Positions 54,904-64,000 of a DNA stretch of 64,000 nt are shown here, piece after piece. Under the pieces are notes generated by a model that saw nothing but the letters and a program-made list of their open reading frames with translations, had not been told where the DNA came from and searched no databases. How positions within the stretch are numbered: position 1 is the stretch's first letter; the number at the start of each line of letters is the position of its first letter. The stretch lies in the NCBI RefSeq assembly GCF_009914755.1, contig NC_060932.1, one strand, 5' to 3'. This DNA comes from the human T2T-CHM13v2.0 reference genome, Homo sapiens. A program made the position numbers and the translations under genes.

Positions 54904-57084
54904 CTTCTTAATGGTGGTACTAATTTTCTGTGACCCCTCCAGAAATGTGGCAATGCTTCTGTTTTATTTTCTTCCTAGGTAGAGGAAATTCTAGATGCTT
55001 CCACCTGGCCTTTCTAAACTTAACAGCTTTCACCCATAGGTCAAGGGAGTCAATGTGACAATTCTGCCAACTTCTGAGTATCTCTATCCAATTATGCCTT
55101 CCACATCTGAGGAAATAGTCACATCATGGGTCCAGGCGCCCACTGGGCCCACTGCAAGATGGACTCGTAGTAAAATTACATTGACTTCCTTACACCCCTG
55201 CTCTGATGGATAGAACAGTGATGTTTTAAGTTTCGTTGAATTAGTGCCACTTCAGAGCCAGAGTTTTGTAGTCCCTGAAAGGCCTGATTATTTCCTTTTT
55301 TCTAATGCAGTTACCCTGGTCAAAGGTTGTATGTCTTTCTGGAAAAGGCTAAGAGAATGATTAACAGTATAAATTTTGGCATTGTACTAGGGGCCTTCCT
55401 TAAAGAGACCTGTCTTCTCATTCACTTAAGGGTTCTGGGTCTGTAAAGTAGCTCAAGTCTGGGAATTAATTGGGGGGCTATCATTGCCTGTTTTTATGGC
55501 TCAAGTAAGACTTTTGTTCATTTAATCTATGACCCTTCTGCTTATGCAGATCAAGTAAGAATTTAATAGGCTCCCCATCTATTTCACTTCTGGACATACC
55601 TTGATCAACTCACCAACTCCATAGGTCTCTGTGTGTGACACTATTCTGATAACTGCATCCATTCTGCTGTCCATTATGGTAACAACACCCACTTTACCTT
55701 TTGCAGTTGAGTCCAGTCACTTGGCCCCTGCAACTTCAAAATTCAGTCTCCTCCACTGCATTTAGGCTTCCCAATTCAGTGACTGCAGTTCCCACTATAA
55801 TTTCTGACCCACAGCGATTTATCACAGAGTATCACAGAGCCCCTCAAGGATGCTGGGGCTCCCCACACAAATTTGTTTCTCACAGTCATAATGCAAGGTA
55901 TGTTCTCTGGACTCTCCCCATGTGGGTGAGCATGTCTTAAATGGCAAATGCACTCTAACATTTTAATCTCCCTTAGCCTTTGAATTCCTTCCTCTACAGT
56001 ATCCCAAGGCAGTTATGGCATTTTAAGTGCATTTACTTTTGCTTCATATTTCAGCCAACCTACCAAATTGTTAGAACCCTTTCTGACTTCTAGAGCTGCA
56101 ACCTTAAATCCATAATCTCTGCTTCATGGGGCCATATCAGTAAATTCACCCTGACTCAACTTTACATTTCTTCTACTGTTATCCCACATTCTTGATATCC
56201 ATTTCATATTCCTTGCACTTCCGTTTGTATACACTGGAGAAATCACGTAGTTCTTTTGGAGTGTAATGCAATTTCTCATGAGTCACACTTTGTACCTTAC
56301 CTTTAGGAGCTTGCTTGCTGGGACTTCAGGTTAGTTATAGGTCTAGAAGAAAAGAGGAGAAACATGGGGGTGATTCCTACAGAGAATCAGCAGTTTTGGA
56401 AGGCAGCTGCCTCAGTGGAGGCCATTACAGTTTCCTCAGGCAAAGCAGAGTTAATCTCCTTAGGAGTACAGCAGCTGCTTTCTACTGACAAAGATGCATC
56501 TGAATTTAGGAGTTCAATGTCTCCAGACTCATCTGGATCTTCCTATATGTCCCCATTCAAATTTTAGAATCTTGTTTCTTCCCAACCAATGCCTTTAATA
56601 GTAGACACTGAGAGCCTGGGAATTCAGTTTGTGTTGTAATTCAGCTACTTGCAGGATGAGATTCTGGGTTTAGTTTTCACCAATCTCAAGTGGGTGGCTA
56701 TAGAAGATAAGAGTCTTTTTAAGGGAAGACATAGAATTTTAAGACATTTACACAGCACTTGGGCTGGGAATTCAAGTCAAGAGCTCATTTTTTTCTTTCT
56801 CTACTTTCTCTAGTAAAATTAGGAGCAACTAGCCAGTCTCATTATACACATTACTCTAACAAAAATATTCAAAGCTATCATATACATAGATCCCTGAAAC
56901 CTTGTTTATAAGTATTTGATTAGGAGTATCCAGTGTTGATACTTTATGTATCTCTGTTGCTACATCATGCCATGAACTATCAGTGCCTTCTTTACTAATG
57001 GAAATAGTCATTGGTGCCTTTAAATCTAATTTATTCTATTTGTATTCAGATTCTAGAAATTTCAGGACCAATTCAGAAAATGCA

Positions 57085-57379
57085 GTTTTTTTTTTTTTTG
57101 GAGATGGAATCTCGCTCTGTCACCCAAGCCGGAGTGCAGTGGGGCAATCTCAGCTCACTGCAACCTTCGTCTCCTGGGTTCAAGTGATTCTCCTGCCTCA
57201 ATCTCTTGAATAGCTGGGGCTACAAGCACGTGCCACCACACCTGTCTAATTTTTTGTATTTTTTAGTAGAGATGAGGTTTCACCGTGTTAGCCAGGATGG
57301 TCTCGTCCTGACCTTGTGATCCACCCATCTCAGCCTCCCAAAGTGCTGGGATTACAGGCATGAGCCATCGTGCCAGGCC
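57085..57379 (-). mobile_element. AluS inserted in the ERVL leader/gag
   Basis: Antisense dimer; TSD cagaaaatgca. Confidence 0.92.
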
Positions 57380-57431
57380 CAGAAAATGCATTCTTAAGAT
57401 TCACTTCCTCTAGAAACATTCTCAGCCAATC

Positions 57432-58140
<709 letters not shown>

Positions 58141-58939
58141 TGAACACCTTAGACGTCTCTGTGAGAACTTAATACTTTGCTTATCACGTCATAGTTGTAA
58201 ATGCAAAGATACGTTGCGCAAATTAGCTGATGTTTTAAATGTATAGTGTGAGTTTTCAGAGAATTACTTTATGTGCATTTTGAAGCAAATTACTTTCCTT
58301 CTGAAAAAAAAATGAATCTGTGATGTACATTTTTCAGTCTCATTTGTTTCTTTTTAAGCGGAGGTTTCTACCAGAGATCTAAATTCATACTCCAGAAATC
58401 CAAAATAGAAACTTAGTTTTTGTTCCATTTTTCAATGAAGTTTCAGAAAAAATAGTTATAATTATGTCAGTCTTTATTTTTTACTGTTAGCCATACCACA
58501 TGCTGAATCTTGTGATTCAAGATTTAGTAAAGTACTTTATTAAGTTTTCCATTTACAGGGAAAGGATGGTGGTGGATGTTTTTAACTATGCCAAATCTCA
58601 TTTCTCAAATCTCAGTGATAAATTAAATTAAAAATAGCTTTTTTTCCACTTTAGATCTGTTGAGTAAGTGAATATAGCAATAATTTTTGCAGGAGAAAAC
58701 CCACCATACTGATTTGAAATAACCACTTAGTATCTTTTACTGCTTTGGCTCAAGTGTGCCCCTTCTTCTAAACTTGCTGGTGTTGTCTCAGTTTTATCTC
58801 TATTTTCCTAACTTGCTATTTGTGTTTCTGATTCCACAGCCTAGGCAGTGATTTTTTATTTCCTTGAACCATGAATACTTGGGTATTCCTCATATCTGGA
58901 GGTTAACACATAACAGGAATGGCAATTATTTTTATAGTA

Positions 58940-61900
58940 ATTTTTATTAACTTGTTATATTGAGATAATTACAGATTCACATGCAGTTGTAAGAAATAGA
59001 CTTCCTATGTACTGTGTACTCAGTTTGTTCCCCCACCCCAATAACATATGTAAAAACCATATTGCAACCTGACAACCAAGATACAAACATTTATTCAATG
59101 AAGATGCCAAACATTTCCATTCCTACTCCCCTTTTTTGACCACTGCCAGCCGCTACTCTGTTCTCCATTTCTCTACTTTTGTCATTTTAGGAAGATTATG
59201 TAATGGAGCCATATAGTATATAACTTTTTGAGATTGGCTTTTTAAGAGTCAGCATAATTCTCTGGAGATTCATCTAAGTTGTTATGTGTAGTGATAATTT
59301 GTTTCTTTTTATTTCTGAATAGTATTTCTTGGCATGGATGTATCACAATTTGTTTACACATTCACTCATTGAAGGATATCTTCATTGTTTTCAATTCGAG
59401 ACTATTACAATTAAAGCTGCTATAAACATTTGTGTACAAGTTTTTGTGTGATGATACACTTTTATTTATCTGAGATAAATGCCCAGAAGTGCAATCACTG
59501 ATTTGTACGGTAGTTGAAAATTTAGTTTTTTGAAACAACTGTTTTTCAGAGTTGCTGTACCATTTTATATTGCTACCAGCAGTATATGAATGCGATTCAT
59601 TGTCTCTGCATCTTCATTTGGTATTATCACTAGTTTTTTTGTTCATTCTAATAGATATTAGTGATATTTCATTATAACTTTAATTTACATGTTCTTAATG
59701 TTGAACATATTTTCTTGTGTTTGTCATCTCTATATCTACTTCAATGAGATGTCTATTCATGATTTTTGCCCATTTCATAAATGTTTTATCTATTTTTTTC
59801 ACTGTTGAGTTTTGACTGTTCTTTATATATTCTAGATAGTAATTCTTCATCAGCGATGCAGTAGGAAAATAATTTTTCCCATTCTGTAGCTTGTTGTTTC
59901 GTCTTCCTAAAAGGCTGTTTCACAAAACTAAAGTTGTTAATTTCAGTGAAGTCCCATTTAATGATATTTCCTTTTATGGATTACCTTTTTGATGTAAAGT
60001 CTAAGAACTCTTTGCCTAATATTTAATCCTGGAGATTTTCTTCTGTATATATAAATATATTTAAAGTGTTATAGTTTAAATTTAATTATAATTTAAAGTG
60101 TTATACATTTAATTTATATTTAAATTATATAATTATAATTTAAAGTGTTATACATTTAATTCTGGGGTGACCCATTTTGACTTAATTTTTGCTTGAGGTG
60201 TGAGTCTTAGGTTAAGGTTCTTTCTTTTTTCTTGTATTAGGATGTCCAATTTGTCCAGCACAATTTGTTGAAAGGCTGTTCTTGCTCCATTTAATTGCTT
60301 TGACATTTTAATCAAAAATCAGTTTGGCATATATGTGTGGCTCTATTTCTGGGTTATTTATTCTGTTCCATTATCTATGTGACTATCCCTCTGCTATTAA
60401 AACACAGTCTTGGTACTGTAGTTATGTAATAAATCTTGATATCAGATAGGCAGTTACTTCCACTTTGTTATTTTTTTTACAAAGTTAGTTCACCTATTCT
60501 GGTTCTTACACCTTTGCATGTACAATTTACAATAATCCCTATGTATACAAATAATGGTTCTGACATTCTGATAAAAATTGCAATAAAACTGTATATCATT
60601 TTGGGGATAATTACAATGTTTACTATATCAAATCTTCCAATCCATAAATGGTGTATATATCTCTATTTATTTAGCTCTTCCTTGTTTTCTTTCATTAGTA
60701 TTGCAAAATTTCCTGCATAACAACTCCTGCATGTTTTGTTAGATTTATACCTAAGCACTTCATTGTTTAAATCAATTATAAGTAGTGTTATATTTTAAAT
60801 TTTAGTTTCCATAGGTTCATTGCTAATGTATAGAAATACAATTGATTTTTTAATGTTTATCTTGTATTTTGCAATGTTGCTGAACCTACTCATTTGTTCT
60901 AGGACATTGTTGTAGATTACCTGGAATTTTCCATGTAGACAACTATGTGCTTTGCAAATAGGGACAATTTTATTTCTTAATTTCCACTAGGTATGCCTTT
61001 TATTTTGTTTTCTTTCCTTATTACAGTAGCTAAACTTTCTAGTACAGTGCTATGTTAAATAAGAATGGTGAGAGTGAACGTTCTTGTCTTGTATCTGATC
61101 TTAAGGGAAATCCTTCAGTGTTTCACCATTAAGAAGATGTTAGCTGTAAGTATTTTGTCTCTCTCTCTCTCTTTTTTTTTTTTTTTTTTTTTGAGGCAGG
61201 GTCTCCCTCGATCACCAACGCTGGGGTGCAGTGATGCAATCATAGATCACTGAAGCCTCGAACTCCAGGAGTCAAGTGGTCCTTCCACCTGGCCTCTCAT
61301 GTACATACATTTTACAAAGTTGAACAAGTTTCCTTTTACTCCTATTTTTCTAAATGTATTGATCATGAATGGATATTTAAGTTTGTAAGATGCTTAAGAT
61401 GTTTCCATTTTTATGGCAGTATGATTTTTCTTCTTTAATATATTATTATGGTCAATTACATTAATGACTTTTCAAATACTGAACCAGCTTTGCATTTCTG
61501 GAATAAGCTCTGCATAGTAATGGTGTATAATTCTTTTTCTATATTGTTAACTTCCATTTACTAATATTTTGTCATGAATCTTTGCATGTATATTCACAAG
61601 GAATATTTGTCTGCTGTCTTATCTATACAATTTTTGTCTGGTTTTACTGTCAGAGTAATACCAGCTTTATAAACTGAGGTAGAAAATTTTGTCTTCTTTT
61701 ATATTTTCTAGAAGACATTACATAGAATCTATAATACTAGAATGGGCAAAAAGGCTGAAAAGCTTTTTCTAGAATTCTCCAGTAAAGCTATTTGGGCCTA
61801 GATACTTCTTTGGATTAAAAAAAATAAAGTGCACTTTTTCCTTATGATTATAGAAGGGTTCAAATTATCCATTTCATAATGGATGAAGTAGTTTGCATTT

Positions 61901-63430
61901 TTGGAGGAAGTAGTCAATTTTTTCTATGTTGTCAAATTTATGTGTATAGAATTGTTTATAGTACTACCTATTATCCTTTTGATGTCTGCAGGGTTGTAGT
62001 AATAATTCCTGTTTCATTCTTGATATTGCTTACTTGAGTATTCTTTCCTTTTTCCCCAGTCTTGCTTGAAGTTTATTTTCTTTTTTAAAGAAACAACTGC
62101 TTCTTTCATCGATTTTTAAACTTTTTCTGTTTTTCATTTTATTAATATATACTTTTTATTTCCTCACCTTTATACTTTCATATTAATATATGTTTACATC
62201 ATTTTTCTAAGTTATTGAGATAGAAGCTTAAATTATTGATTTGAGACTAGTTTTCTTTACTAATTTCAGCATTTTAGTGCTATAAATTTCCCCTTTGGTT
62301 GTGTTCTACAAAGTTTGATATATTGTATATTTATTTTCATTCAGTTCAATGCATTTAAATAATTTCTTTGAAATTATTTTTGATCCATGGATTACTTGTA
62401 AGTGTGTTTACTTTCCAAGTGTTTTAATATTTTCCTGTTATATACCTGTTACTGATTCTTAGTTTGAGTCCATTGTGGTCAGAGATTAAACTCTGTATGA
62501 ATTTGATTATTTTTTCAGGTTGAGGCTTGTTTTATATTCCAGGATATGGTCTATGTTGTTATATGTTTCATAAGTGCATAAAATAATGTATATCCTGCAG
62601 TTATTTGACAGAGTATTCCATAAATTTTGACTAAATTCTGTTGTTGATGGGGTGGTTGGGTTTTTCTATACTTTCAATGTCTAATTTTTCAGTCAATTAC
62701 TGAAGGAAGGTCTCCAAATATAATTGTTAATTTGTTTTTTTCTTTCGGTTTTATGAGTTTATGCATCACACATTTTGCATCTCTGCTGTTTGGTGCATAT
62801 ATGTTAGGATTGGTATGTTTTCTTGGTGGAATGAATCTTTTACCATTGTATAATATCCTTCTCACTTCCTGGCAAGGAACTTTTCTTTGCTAAGAACTAT
62901 ACTTCATATGATATTAATATAGTGACTCCTGCTTTAATTAATTAATGTTTTCATGACATTCATCCTTATGCTTAACAACCTACCTATATAATTACATTTG
63001 AAGTAAGTTTCTTAGATAATACATAGCTGAATCATGCTTTTTACTTCACTGTGACAATCTGTCTTTTAATTGGTATATTTAGGTAATTTACATTTAATGC
63101 AATTACTGATATGTTAAGGCTTAAGTCACCTGCTTTTTTGTGAAAATATTCTTTCATGATAAAGAAAAAAACCACCTGATTTTTTTCTCACTGCTTTTCA
63201 TTTCTCTGTTTACTTTTTGTGTCTTCCTATGGGCTTATTAAATATATATATTTTTTTAAATTAATAGTGTCTTAATGTATCTTTTTGTATTGCATTTTTA
63301 GAGGATGCTCTAGATATTACATTATATGTTTATGACTCATCACAATCTTCTCAGATTGAGGTTTTACCAGTTTGAATGAATATAGAAATCTTACCTCCTA
63401 TTATGTTCCTTGACTTTCCCCATTTAAATA
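58940..63430 (-). mobile_element. Old L1M (MC/MD-like), ~4.5 kb
   Basis: T-rich antisense L1 from the 3' end (acagattcacatgcagttgtaagaaata) through ORF2 relics. Confidence 0.75.
61172..61300 (-). mobile_element. Partial AluJ
   Basis: T tail followed by gaggcagggtctc...gatcactgaagcctcgaactcc. Confidence 0.75.
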
Positions 63431-63437
63431 CAATTGC

Positions 63438-64000
63438 CTAAAATATTAAACACCATGAACAAGTGAGATTTATCCTTGGGACACAAGGATGACTTAACCT
63501 ATGCAAATCAATAAATGTGATACACCACATTAACAGAATAAAGGTTAAAAATATGATAATCTCAATAAATGAATAAAAAATATATGATGAAATGTAATAT
63601 CCTTTCATTATAAAAACCATTAACAAATTAGGTATAGAAGGAATGTACCTCATTATAAAGACCATATATGACAAGCACATAACATCACACTCAGTGGTGA
63701 AAATGTGAAAGCTTTTTCTCTAAGATCAGAAATACTGACCTTCATCACTGGTATTTAACATAATGTTGGAAGTCCTAGCCGGAGCAATTAGACAGGAAAA
63801 AGAAATAAGAAACATCCAAATTTGAAAGGGAAGAGTTATTATAAATTGTCTTTGTTTGCAAACAACATGATCTTATATATAGAATACCCTAAATTCCACC
63901 AAAAAATTGTTAGAATTATGTAATGAATTCAGTAAAGTTATAAGATACAAAGTCATCATTAAAAGTCAGTTGTGTTTCAATACACTAACAACAAATGACC
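63438..64000 (+). mobile_element. L1MA/MB ORF2 RT-region fragment
   Basis: atgcaaatcaataaatgtgatacaccacattaacagaat...ttggaagtcctagcc.gagcaattagacagg; runs off the window end. Confidence 0.85.

Larger units (their letters stand above)
51965..57430 (-). mobile_element. ERVL (HERV-L/ERVL-B4-like) internal region, defective gag-pol-dUTPase
   Basis: RT relic 54490-54903 (SPFNSPIWPVKK..WRMIVNYFKLNQ..LANAFFS..YTFTALSQG). RNase H relic 53331-53831 (SSQWAELQAV..LYTDLWAVVNGLAG). dUTPase-like LCSAGLEMVVPREGM near 52400-52457. Confidence 0.9.

Noticed and set aside
60040-60165. AT-rich repeat of tttaaagtgttata
   Set aside because: Local slippage inside an old L1; no sign of function.

Overview
Repeat-dominated primate genomic DNA. 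A young L1PA2-like insertion and AluY copies point to human or another great ape. I find no credible protein-coding exon, RNA gene or CRISPR array. The recognisable ORFs are relics of Alu, L1 or ERVL or simple-repeat frames; the rest have no recognisable product. Main elements: a ~5 kb L1PA13-16-like element with an internal deletion (21.1-26.1 kb), nine ERV1-class solo LTRs within ~15 kb (26.4-41.0 kb), a minus-strand ERVL provirus relic (52-58 kb), old L1M/L2/MIR/CR1 fragments and ~15 Alu-family copies. The best leads are regulatory or mechanistic. (1) A non-repeat promoter-like module at ~39.3 kb (GAS, GC box, two CCAAT boxes, CRE-like site) sits just upstream of an Alu whose tail is a ~200 nt pure-purine (GAA)25(GGA)20 tract. 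(2) A MER41B-like LTR keeps both tandem STAT GAS motifs. (3) A 5'-inverted L1 has a double poly(A) tail. (4) A 39 bp segment appears to have been copied from 1.5 kb upstream. Repeat subfamily names come from recall of consensus sequences and need RepeatMasker/Dfam confirmation; boundaries are approximate. I cannot support a claim of a new biological system here.
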